Below are positions 25,705-37,605 of a stretch of 64,000 nucleotides of DNA, one piece after another. A program made the position numbers and the translations under genes. A model generated the notes under the pieces. It worked only from the letters and a program-made list of their open reading frames with translations. It was not told the origin of the DNA and searched no databases. The DNA comes from Ptychomitrium polyphyllum (lineage: Eukaryota). The stretch covers positions 6,696,001 through 6,760,000 of the forward strand of contig OZ316775.1 of assembly GCA_973851085.1 (NCBI GenBank), written 5' to 3'. Each line of letters begins with the position of its first letter. The stretch's first letter is position 1.

Positions 25705-28267
25705 ATGTTGATTCAGCATGTGCCCTTGTTGTGCACCAAGCGGATTGTGTTGGCGTCTGCTTCGCCTCGGAGGTCAGAGCTCTTGCGTGGGCTGGTGAGT
25801 TCCGTTTCTCCCTTTGATGCTTTGGAAGAAAGAAGTATCGGCGACTTTCGTCTTATTCTTGTTTAGATTTCGGGCTTGATGAATTGGTTTGTATGGATTC
25901 AGGGTCTGAAGGTTGAGGTTCTCCCTTCGACGTTTGAGGAGAATCTTGATAAGTCTGGATTTGCAAATCCTGGAGGTATTTGTGTTTACTTTTCCAGACA
26001 TGCATTAAAGTTGGTTTTTTCTTCTCAGGTTTTGAGAATTTTAGTTTATAACGTTCTACGCAATTCAAGCTTGTGCCGAGTGCTACAAGTTATTTTTGCT
26101 GCAAGTCGTAGTTTCAGGAAATGATGATTTGTAGTAGTTACGCTATGTTTGTGTGTTTCTGAAATTGCAGAGTATGCCACAGAAACAGCCACTCAGAAAG
26201 CAATTGATGTTTCTCGAAAGGATGCAGAGGTTCGAACCCCTGTCTCAATATTCTGTCTCAGTTATGTAATATTTAAAGCAAGTGTTTATAGTTTTTTCTC
26301 TTGAAATGAGTCAATTCTCTGGTTACTTTGCTGACTTATTTTTGCACAATGAACTGTCCAATCTCTCAACCAAACCATGGCAATTGGGGGGGTGTGTTTT
26401 ACAACTCATTTTTGTGGTTTTCCGGGGCATGTTGGTGAGGCCCTCCCTTTCGTCCCCCTCACTCTAGGGTAGATTGTGAGAAGAGGAGGGGACACTATTA
26501 CATATAGTAACCACTATTCTTAGAGTAGGACACAAGTTAATTCATTCTCTTCCTTCTTTTCTCTTGCTTTTCTTTTCAGAACTTTGGGGTCTTTTCACAG
26601 ATCTCAGTATCGAAATTGAGATTGTGAAAAGGTCCCAAAGTTCTGAACTCCTGGCTCCTTATCTTTACTTAGTCATGAGAGAGTTTTAGAAGTTCTTACA
26701 GGTTTTCCTTTTCTAGTGAAACTTCTCTGAGTCCAACAAAACATGATTGCGTGACTGAGCACAAAAAAAATGCATATAGAGCTTCTCTGGGTTTGAAATC
26801 GTCAGAACTCTTTTCTCTTCTTTCATGATGCAATTGCAATCAGTGGGAATTACAATGTGGCGAGTAGTTCCAGACTGTTGAAGCTTGATAGTCCGAACTA
26901 TGGATGCGCTGTATTGCATCATTTTTGTACTGATCTTCTACATTTTTGAAGTGAGCAGTTTGGCAGGCGAGCACATTTGATCATTGCAGCTGATACTGTT
27001 GTTGAGCTCAATGTAATCTCTATTCCTCTTAATGTGTTTACAGCATAAGGTCGGATTTGGAATTGAAATCATAATACCTTAATTTAATTTGAAATGTAGT
27101 GTGGGGTTTGCTGAAATGCAGTCGCAAGTATTGGAGAAACCGTGTGATAAGGACGATGCTTATCGAATGCTTTCAAGTTTAAGTGGTGAGATATTTCTAT
27201 TTCATTTGTGAATTTTTATAAATGAGCTGCCCGAAGGCAACGTGTATCGGAAATTTCTGAAGTGGATTCTTTAACTAGTCTTATTGCGTGATTTGTGCAC
27301 ACGTATTGACAATGGTCTTTGTGCAGGACAGATGCACAAAGTCTACACAGGAGTTGCTCTAGTGTTGCCTAATCCTTCTGGTAATGTACAAGACTGTGTT
27401 CGTTACTGCATTCAAGCAGGGCATCTATATGCTCTCCTTTAAATTTGTAAATTTGTTCTCAGTGACTTGGACCCATCTCTCCCACTTATCTATATTTCAA
27501 TTATATGTCCAGATCCTGCACTAGGTGCTCTTCCTCTCGTGAAATCATTTTTCGAAGAAACTGAGGTATGACTGAGATAATTTCCGTATTGTCTTTGTTT
27601 TTCCTTATTATCTGAAGCTGGCCACCTGAAAATATGTTGTAGGCTAGATTGTGTCTTGCAATCTTGTGAATGTCAGGGCCTTACTTTCACTTTTGAAACG
27701 TTTCTTTTCATGTCTGGTCCTTGAATTAGGTGGAGTTTGCTGAACTAGAGGAGGAAGCAATTCTTGCTTATATTGCATCTGGCGAGCCAATGGATAAGGC
27801 AGGAGCATATGGCATCCAAGTGAGTAGCTGTCATTCAGTTCGGAACATCTGTTTGCTGATTTTTATTGATGCTCATTATTGTTGTATCCTAAATCTGAAG
27901 ATCCTGCGTTGGATATCCAACTGTTAGGGTTTTACTGTATCTAAGTTTCATAGGGTTTAGTGGCCGTGTTGTGTATAGGGAATCGGAGGATCTTTCGTAA
28001 AATGCATTCATGGCTGCTATTTTAACATCATGGGGTTCCCTATACACAGGTACGTTGCTTGGAGCCATCTAGTGTTATAGCTTGATTCCAGTTTTGCTCG
28101 TGTAGACAATGTTTAGCGTTTGTTCTGCTTGAAAGAGGTTGTCCATCATATGGGTCTGGTCACGTGGATGTACATCTCGGTGCGATGCTGGTTAACGTCC
28201 TCTATGCTACACCAGGTTTTCCGTGGAGGTGGATCGGCTGGTAAAAAGTGGTGCAATCAAGGCTTAG
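25705..28267 (+). CDS. Maf-like (YhdE-type) dTTP/UTP pyrophosphatase, 10 coding exons
   Basis: Motifs [65 protein letters not shown]. Exons approx. 25705-25794, 25903-25975, 26171-26229, 26959-27011, 27122-27185, 27327-27380, 27513-27565, 27730-27819, 27979-28049, 28216-28267. Confidence 0.92.
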
Positions 28268-29757
28268 AAGAACAATTTAAGCATTTATTCATCCTACTGA
28301 TTCTAGTTTGAACAACGCGAAGTGGTTGTTCAGATGATTCACTGTTACGCTTGGCCTGAAGATCGTGAGTTTAATTTTGCCATGTTAAAGTTTTTGCTAA
28401 TTCTACACTCTTGCTAATCCTATTGCTAATCCTTTCTTTGACAGTTCGTGCATAGATTGTGGTAATAGGCTGCCTGCAGATGTATTGTTATAATGGGAAT
28501 GTAGGACCTGTCAAATAGCACCTGCAGTGTGACGAATGCTGTGGAGAGCTTCAAACTCAGCAGCTATGCTCTTCATCATAATTGTTGAAGGACATCCAAT
28601 ACTGTTCTCTAAGATGCTATGCAATGCACAAATAAAATCTACTTATATTTTCTGCAAAGCAGTGTATCCTACAATACAGTATAGTGATCACCTACCGTAC
28701 TGTTACTTGACTTTTCCATACTTATATTGCTTCATGCAATTAATATCTATTGAATCTCTTACAATGCTTTGAGTTTCACGGGATTGCAGAAGCAGACCAT
28801 CATTACCACAATCGCCTCAATTCAAGTAATTACCTGTATGTTTTAGATGACGATAGAATTGCCTTCTTTCCAGTGCATAATTTAGCAGGCTGTGAGAACT
28901 ATAGACAATCTTGGCATTTGAGAAGATTGATTTTGTGAAACTGTGCTCAAGCTGCTTATGTTTAGATGAATTTTAATTTGCATAATTAAGATTCAAGAAC
29001 TTAAATTTTTTTCTTTTCTTTTTGTGGAGCTTGGCTTGCTTGTCTAATACGGATTTGGACTTGCATTTCCTTGTTGCTACTCTACACCCCATGTTACGTC
29101 AAATTCACTTGGTAATTTGTGAATGCAATGAGAAAGTTGTGTTCAATTTTGTACCAATTTATTGGAATAAAAAATAAGAAGAATGCATTATATTTATGAT
29201 GAATGAAGTACTTTAAAACATGAGATTAAGATTGAATCAACTTTCATAAGCCTTTTGATTATGAGCAATGCCTTTGTACCTGTCTATACTGGAATTGTTC
29301 TATGTATCATGCATTGTTGTAAAACTGTTCTTTCCTTGAATTTGTTCTACTTCAAACTTGATAGCGAAGTTTGTATTCAAAAGACGACCCACAGAATGTG
29401 CAGGTAACTGACAATGAGGTTGTTTTTGTTTGATATTTAAAACACACCCTGTCATTAATTTATATTTTTTTACTTATAATTCGCTGATGAAGTCATCGTA
29501 TATCACTGTAATAAGAACAGATCACTCTTGGTCAAGTGCAATCTCTTATTGCTGAAAAATAAATGGTTTTGTACATGCTAGTCAAATTTTTGTAGCTTGT
29601 TATTTTATTACAGTGCTACAATAGCAATCCTTGTTTTGAAAAATTCAGGCGGTATGTACTTGTACGTTTGGATTTCTATTCAGATAGGTCCAGTTTGATT
29701 CAGCAGCATCTTGTGGAAGTGAAGTACAACACTCAAGAGAGCAGATTGTGTAGAACT

Positions 29758-30311
29758 ATGGATCATGTAACATTTTTTTGCACTGCATCTGAGTTGGTTG
29801 AAGCACATATTTCAATGGCGTAAAGTTTCACTTATTTGATTGGCACACATAACTTAATGCATGCAGCTTGAGTCACTCATCCACATCTGAAGTAAAGAGG
29901 ATGAGTTTCCAAATAACTCTGATCATGTTCTTGATCGTGAACATCCGTACTGAGAAGCTGGTGTTTACTTCGCTCCACGCTTCTCCAGCAAATCTGTGCC
30001 AATTCTGTCATTTTGGAGGAATTGTATGCTAAGGAGGTGAGATTTCCAGAAGCTGCCCCCTGTTTTGCTTTGATACATACATAAATGGTGGAAATGTGCG
30101 TGCAAGATAAATACTGAATGATTCAAACACATGGTGCACATGTCTCAATTTGCTCGAAAGGGCGCTATCCTTCTTTCTCTCCCAGACCAAGCTTCGTGAT
30201 GACTTCATGAAGCCATGGATCTGCTCCTGTGGAACTAGCGAGCAGATTCAGGAGAATGAAAAAAACTGTATACAGTTTGATACTTATGCAGAACAGTTGA
30301 TTAGTACCTGA
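29758..30311 (+). CDS. Putative small spliced protein (~60 aa), unknown function
   Basis: ATGGATCAT|GT (29758-29766), exon 29989-30036 (QICANSVILEELYAKE; TTCTCCAG acceptor, GAG|GTGAGA donor), exon 30186-30311 (TKLRDDFMKPWICSCG...LIST*; strong polypyrimidine acceptor). All joins are phase 0. Confidence 0.4.
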
Positions 30312-31094
30312 AACAAACTTTTGCTAGGCAGAAGCTAGACTTAAGAGTTCGATGTTCTTGAGCTAGCGGCGCTTAGTATATTCTCACGAGAACATGGGAT
30401 TTGAAAGAAGGCAAACAACTTATTGAACTCTATTAGTTTGAAAGCTGTGAACTACAGGACTTGTTGGAAATTAAGACCTAAAGGCAGCTTGGGGCAAGAT
30501 CCAATCACCTCAAGTACTTGGGAAGAATTCGCAAATTACTGTACCGCCTTGAGTAATATAACCTTTGTTCTCAGGTTCAATGTGACCCAAACTATGGCAA
30601 TGGTTAGTATCAAATTCCAATGCACCTTGGCTCCAAACAACCAGCCGCGTGATTGAGCCTAAGGGGTCATATTCGCCGTTGCGATTGGTTTTCTAAGGCC
30701 AAGGAAAAGATGAGCACTAGACGTTTGAAAAACCTCCAGAGAAAATAGACTACAGGATGAACAAAGCACAATGCTCAAAGAAACAAATAGGAACCCTCAC
30801 GGCCTCAGAGAAGAAGATCGACATTCCGTGTGGAATGAAATGTCATAAAGTTCGAGAGTTACGTTATACTTGTGATGATCAGAGAACGCCGCAGAAATTG
30901 CGTGAGAAGCGCTGAGAGAATCTAAAGAGTGGCCGACACTAGCAGATGCTACTTTCTCCATTTTCTCTACTCTTTTTGCAATTCGCATAACGATCATGCT
31001 GAAAGTTGTCAAAGTAACTGTAGAATCTAAAACATAAAATGAACAATTTCTGTCACGTGTAGGAGTCGATTCTCTGTCAGACTTCGGATCTGGT

Positions 31095-31174
31095 GACGGT
31101 TTGGCCGAGTGGTCTAAGGCGCTGGATTTAGGCTCCAGTTCGAAAGAGCGTGGGTTCAAATCCCACAGCCGTCA
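31095..31174 (+). tRNA. tRNA-Leu(UAG)
   Basis: GACGGTT...AGCCGTCA acceptor stem, A-box TGGCCGAGTGG, anticodon arm CTGGA-TTTAGGC-TCCAG, long variable arm, B-box GGTTCAAATCC, TTTTT terminator near 31188. Confidence 0.95.
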
Positions 31175-31780
31175 CAGGCAAAATTACTTTTTGTATCAAC
31201 ATCAAACATGGAGATTGGGATCCTTTTCCAAGAAATGAAAAGCAATCCGGGGACTATACTGAGGTGATACAAAAACGACTGTCATTCAGGAGATTTAAAA
31301 GCTAATCTATCTTTAGTTTTAAAAGAGGAAACAGATTAAAATTATGTTCTGTTGAAATATGAACTTGGTATTCGTACTTATTATACCACAAGTTGTAATC
31401 TAGTGAATGTAACGCCTGGAGAAATATGATCTAACAAATCAAAGAAGCAGACAACTGAGATGTGACGGATTTAATACATGCTTTACAAAATTTTCCAATT
31501 ATAAATTCTGTATCAGGCAAAGGTCAAAATTCAACCATATACTCCATGGAAAGATAAAAGATCACTCTTGGAGCTACTGTCTCAAGCCCCACTGGATAAT
31601 GATTGATGGTAATTGATACAACAGTTATGCCCACAGGGACACAAGGTTTTTCTGCACACATCTTCTACTAGATTGATTACAGAAGTCGAAGTGGCTATCG
31701 GCAACACGGTCTAAGATCCCAACTGATGAACTAGAGCATATTAAACTGTTCATGGTACATACATGCTAACAGCATCATGA

Positions 31781-34700
31781 TTACCTCCGGTTACCCCAAC
31801 CAAGGTGCCGCATTATGACAAAGAGAAGAGCAGCTATCGAGACAACGAGAAGGGCCAGCAAGACGTACAATTTGATGAAAAATTGAGTGTGTGGGCTTGC
31901 AAAGAAAGCGGCAGATGTTGCAGCGCTTTGCCATACCTTAAACTGTGCGAATGCTGCTTCCTGTATCATCATCAAATATGTCGAGTTTTGTTAATAATTC
32001 AAGACACTGGAACATGAGAAACTAATTATTCATTACCCTAGATGCTTTTATTCACCAATCAGTAAGCTATAGGAGACTTTAAGCGGTAAGGTTGTCTCAC
32101 AGCGTCGTTAGGGTAGAAGATCCCCAGCAGAGCACTGATTTGGGTATTGAATGTAGCATCTCCTATACCCCAGGCAATAGTTAGCCCACCGAGGAGAAAA
32201 ATGTCAAGCCATCCTCCCCCGTACCTACAAAAACAGAACAACCTTGTAAATCAGGAGCCACAAAATTTCATAAAGAATGCTACAGAATTGGAACACGAAA
32301 GACCCATTATGTGTACAGGTAACAATACACTGAGTAGTTCTATGATCCAGAAGTATACCAATTTCTTTACCACAATGCAACAAGCACTACAAACAGCATG
32401 TAAAGGACTTACTGCTGTTTACAAAGGAGCAACACCAATGCCAATCCCTGAGCAGCCGCTCCTACACAAGTGATAGCCGCAATTGCTGGCAATCCTGTTG
32501 AGAATTTACCTGCCACAACAGAACTCTGTACACATCACACCGTTTGTTAATTTCAAGTTCACAAATAAATAATGGTATCTATATATGCCTCCAGATCATA
32601 AATTGCAATACATGAAATAAACAGCTAAAGTGCAAGTACTACTAGTTGAAATCGCTTTGGTGAATAAAATTGTGATATGAAGGAGATGAATGCTAATAGG
32701 ACCTAAGATTCGAGGAACCAATACACACTCAGCGGTCCGACATTTAACAATTAAAGAACTCTAGCAAATTGTATGTTCACAAGGCTCCTTCACAAAATAA
32801 ACTTATTAAAGGTTGCACATTAAATCAGGAACACAGCTTACAATAGCATCAGAAGCACCATAGAGAGCCATCACACCTCCCACCCATGCCACACCAAATG
32901 CTGGAGTGATAATGTCTTTGGTGAAGTCTCCCCTAATTCATATGCAAACAAATCAATTATTGTCAATTTGAGCAATACACCATCTAGAAAAGCGAAAGTA
33001 GACCCCATTAAACTCTTTCAACAAGTATGTCCTTCGCTCATGTAAAAATCATGAACTATGTGCCGAGTTAAAAATTACTAAAGAGAAGTTCAAGATACTG
33101 CAAATCTTCTCAACCTTGAAGTCTGTGACTTTAAAAATTGTAATAACTGTTGCAAAGGGAAGAAGCCAAACACACCAGATAAACGCTTGTTGAAAGCCTG
33201 AATATAAAAGGATCCAGATGAGCAACACCATCTTCCTCTCATGTAACAAAGAAAACATCCGCTTCATAAGTTCCCGAGTTCTTGCTGGTGTAGAAGGCAG
33301 TCTGTCCTCGGAAATGATTATGTAGCTTGATTCCTGTGGTCTTAATAAGGAGGTAAGAACAGTTCCTATTGCCATACTTCCAAGGAAGGCGATGATAAGC
33401 AGTGTAGTTCCATATGCAGCATCCCCCGAAGAGCCCTGTCATTCACAAAAGCTTTTTAAGATTAAAAAATGACATATATGAGATTGTTTTACATAAAAGC
33501 GGAAGGCACAAACATTACTAGTAAGTCTTGACAAATTTTGAGTCATGGAAAACAGTAACAGCAGACGACCTACGAGTTCTGTTCCTCACCTTCCCATAGT
33601 AAAGCAAGGCAAGTGAAATGAGGTTGCCCACCACCTGAAAAACTCACTACCACCACATCAATGAGGAAGAAACTACAAAACCACAAGAAGGGATTCTGTG
33701 CAGTTATCTCCAAGAGAAAGTTCGTTAGACAAAGGTTGGCAGTACAGGGCTTGATCGACTGTTAGTCAAAACATTGTGAACACCAAATATGGGATAAGTG
33801 AGCGTAAAAGAGATAGCACAACCTCGTACAGAAGCAAATAAAAGATGCTTCCAAATGACATAGAAGACATAATGTATTTGGTACCTGGTTTGAAGCAAAA
33901 ACGCCCCAGAATTCCCCATTAAAGGTTCCGAGAGCTGACTCTTCTGAGATGTTACAGAATACTGCATGGCTCTTCGCAGCGAAAGTCAAGTATGTCCCCT
34001 GAAAACCCAGGCAAGTATCACATCTTCAGTTTTAGTTAAGACGACGAAGAGATCTCCCAATATTAGAAACTTGCTAAGTGGCTGAAAATCCCCAGTAGTG
34101 AATCCGATTCAAAGTAATCACTCGAACTAATGGAAAGAAGCGAGATTACTCCGAGATTTCTAGATACGCTTATCAGATTGCTCTAGAATCTTTCATAAAA
34201 TACATTGCAACTGGAACACTATCATTGAACTTGGTCAGAGAAGGAAGAAATCAAGTGATCACCTCAGCACACCAAAGGATAGACGCTGTAAATCCCAAAA
34301 ACAAAGAAGCAGGAATCATGGTACTCCTGCAATATTAAAACAATCACTGCTTGTCAGACCCATCTCAGAAGTACCAGTTTCTTGTGCTTCATATGGACAA
34401 AGCGTAGCTTCTAAGCAACAACCTTCTGAAAAGGAACTTTCTATGTATTATAAAAGATACATTAGGGGACTCTAGAAAAACAAAACGAGAGCAAATAAAT
34501 ATCGGAAACGGATCAGCTTTGAACGAACCATGTGGGGTAAAGGTTTGCTGTTATGAAGGCCCAGTAACCAGACAATCCGACCAACAATGCATACTTTGAG
34601 CCTAGAAATACCACGAAGAGCGGAGCCGCCAGAGATGAGAAGGTCAAAGACAGGTACAACACTCCTATCGAAATCGATCCCAATCCATCGTCCTGCACAA

Positions 34701-35148
34701 TAGAGACGTGCCTTACATACCGAATTCATTATATCCAAAGTGGACTTTCATGTCTAAGGACATTTCATTGTGATTCACTTTGTCCAAATGAAGACAATGC
34801 AATTAAAGACAGTCTAAACTGATTTCTCGAAAGCAACATGACAAATGTATCAGCATTGATTTGCAAGATCCTTGACATGATAGGCCTTCGCCTTTGATTA
34901 TCACCAATAGCGAAAATATAGCAGCAGTTGTAACTTACCCCGTGAAGGCTGCTCTCGAGGTTTTGCAAAGCACCATACGCCAAAAAAATGAAGAGAAAAC
35001 TGAAGCTGAGAATATGCAAGTCCCGCAGATGTGGACTCCAGCTTCTAATGCTTGAATTAGACCGTGCCAGAACAGGCTTACTGTCGGGCGAAGTCAAATG
35101 AGAATTTGACGATCCATTAATGAAAGAATCTTCTTCCGAAAATTCCAT
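31781..35148 (-). CDS. UNC93-like MFS membrane protein, ~10 coding exons
   Basis: Exons encode LHILSFSFLFIFLAYGALQNLESSL, LGSISIGVLYLS, ASILWCAEGTYLT, GTFNGEFWGVFASNQVVGN, YSGFQQAFIWGDFTK, WGIGDATFNTQISALLG and EAAFAQFKVWQS, which are characteristic UNC93 motifs. Confidence 0.88.
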
Positions 35149-37605
35149 CTCCACTGTTGGTGAAGTACTTCCACAGACGTGATTCCCTCGCTGCTAAAGC
35201 GCAAACAGGATCTAATTCACAGCCTACGTGATCACTACTAGCTTGTATAATGTGGAACTAGAAGGAAAACCACACATCCTGATATTCTCTATGGTAGTTG
35301 ATGTGGAGAAAGTAATGGAAAAAAAAGAGACTGAGTGAAAAACTGGAAGATCAACTTTCATATGCAGCTATGTTCTGAGGCTCGCAGGCAGGTTCCCATA
35401 GCCGTGCAAACGTGCCCATAAACACGGCACTCCCCACGGCTCCACACACTTGCCACCTGTATACTCTTGGCCAAGTGACTCGAGGGCCTGCAAAAACAAA
35501 GAGAAAGTTTAGAGCATTATTTTCATTTCTGATGTCGAAACACCTGCTCAGCTTGGTTTTCAAGCTCATCATGAAACACCAATGTACAAATATCCAGAGT
35601 TCCATTAGAAAGACCTCTTCCAAGCCTTTCCCGATTGTCACTTCAAACTGAGCTCTACATGAAAGGCGCAGTGTGCACGCAGAGCTCTGTTCAAGCCTTT
35701 CACGATTTGACAGGTTTATCTAGAAAATGCCACTCTGCTCAATTGGCTTCTTAACGATCACGTAAGCAAAGAGAAAGATGGTCTAAAATCACTATGACTA
35801 ACTTACATGAAAATTTGCAAACTTTTGCTCCGAACGGAAGTGTTCAATCTTAAAGGTAAAAAGTGTGATCGACAATTCCAGAAATTCGAGATGCTTCCTC
35901 CTATGTGAAATTAGGGCAAGATAGCTCTCGTGGCAGGATGTAAGCTACTGGAATGCGGCGAATTACATCATGGACTGCTTTGTTTTACATGAAGGAAGTT
36001 CATAGCAGAAGCTCCGAAGCAAAGAATACGGAGAAAGAAAAAAATGCTACAATGAGAAACCAAACCGTCAACAACTGACCGAACCCTACCTCCAACAATC
36101 AGCAACGAAGTTCCGTCCATACCCACAACACTATCCCACACGAGAACGCAAGAGGTGAATTGCAAGCAAAGCCACCATTCAACTGTGGATTGAAATCTGA
36201 GAGAAAACTGAGCAAAAAGTCGGTAAACCTGACCGTAATGAATGTGACAGAGAGGCCACGCGAGGAAGACACCGCCGATTCCTGCCACAGTAGCGAAGAT
36301 GCGAGTGATGCGCTCACAGGGAATGGCGTCCTCGCGCATCACCTCGCCGCTCGACGCGCCCAGCGGACCCCTCAACGCCATTACTGCGCGCTCATCACGT
36401 CACAGAAGCGCCTCTTGTCAACCACAAGCGATGTTTCTCAAAGACCGTTCGCGCAGATTCAAAGCTACCACACCACTGTAAACGTAAAGCTTAACCAACC
36501 CCAAGTGACGTCCAGCTCCGAAGCTCAGGGGTCCAATTTAGGGTTCCAACTCAAAGCTGCGACCCACTTTGTCTGCTTCGTGAAAAAGGAGTAAAAAAAG
36601 AGAACATCTCGGTCGCCTAGAGGTTCTATTCCGAGAGTCTGCGACCAGGCGTCCAGCCTGTGGTTTGGTACCCCTCCTGGGCTTCGATTGGCAACAACCC
36701 GCCCTGAGATTCCGGCAGAAGCCCCAGATAAGCACAACCTGTCGCACTGTAGTCGCCGAGGCAAATCTGATCCCCACCCGATTTGGAATCGGAAGGATAG
36801 ATACCCTGCGAGATCGCCACTCGCGTCACGCACCCGCGAGCTGCAAAAGTGAACGCTCAAGTCCAACACGAGTATAGTTCAGAACGCAGTCGTTGCTGTG
36901 GCCTCTCTTGTGTCAGGGGTTTGGGTGGTGCGAGTCATGCGATCGCTGCCTTTGTCAGGTTGCCATCAGGGGATCGATCTGTAGCTGGCTGGGATCTGAG
37001 GCCACCTTCTCGAAGTAAGCGCCGATTGCCATGGCAGTTGCTGTGTCGGCTGGGGCCGCGCTTGGGTTGCAGCGCGGGCCCTTCACTGGGTGACCCTGTG
37101 GCCCTGAGTCGTCGCTTATGGGAACGGATGGGTGCTGGCGCTGCGTTTGGGGATTGGGATGGAATTCAACGTTCCGTCTTGGCCGCTCACGCAGAGCGAT
37201 TTGCGGAATCTAACGCGCAGGGGTGGAGTGAACTTGTGCGAAGGGAATGCGAACCGAGTCCGCGAATGGATCCTTTCTGAAGTTGGTTGTGCGAGGCCGT
37301 CGCGCTCATGCGGGGCAGGGAGGCTTGCTTACGGGGTAGAATTGAGAGCGAGGTAGTTTCATGCGCGTCGCGCTGATCCGCCGATTGCTCAGGCTGGCCA
37401 GGCGATGGTTCGTGCAGATGTGGGGATGGCGTTTCGTGACCTTGGAAGCGAGGATTTCGACCACTCTCGTGGATCGTCGGTTTGGGGAGTCTGGACAATG
37501 AGGACTTGGGCAGGGTTCAATTCGCATCTCGACATTCCGTAACGGAGGTACTGTTTTCTTTTCGAGATTTCCGTGAATTACGTGAGCGACCATTCCGAAG
37601 GAGAG

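Noticed and set aside
30797..31159. 120-aa ORF overlapping the tRNA
   Set aside because: Begins as an antisense translation of tRNA-Leu; no protein features
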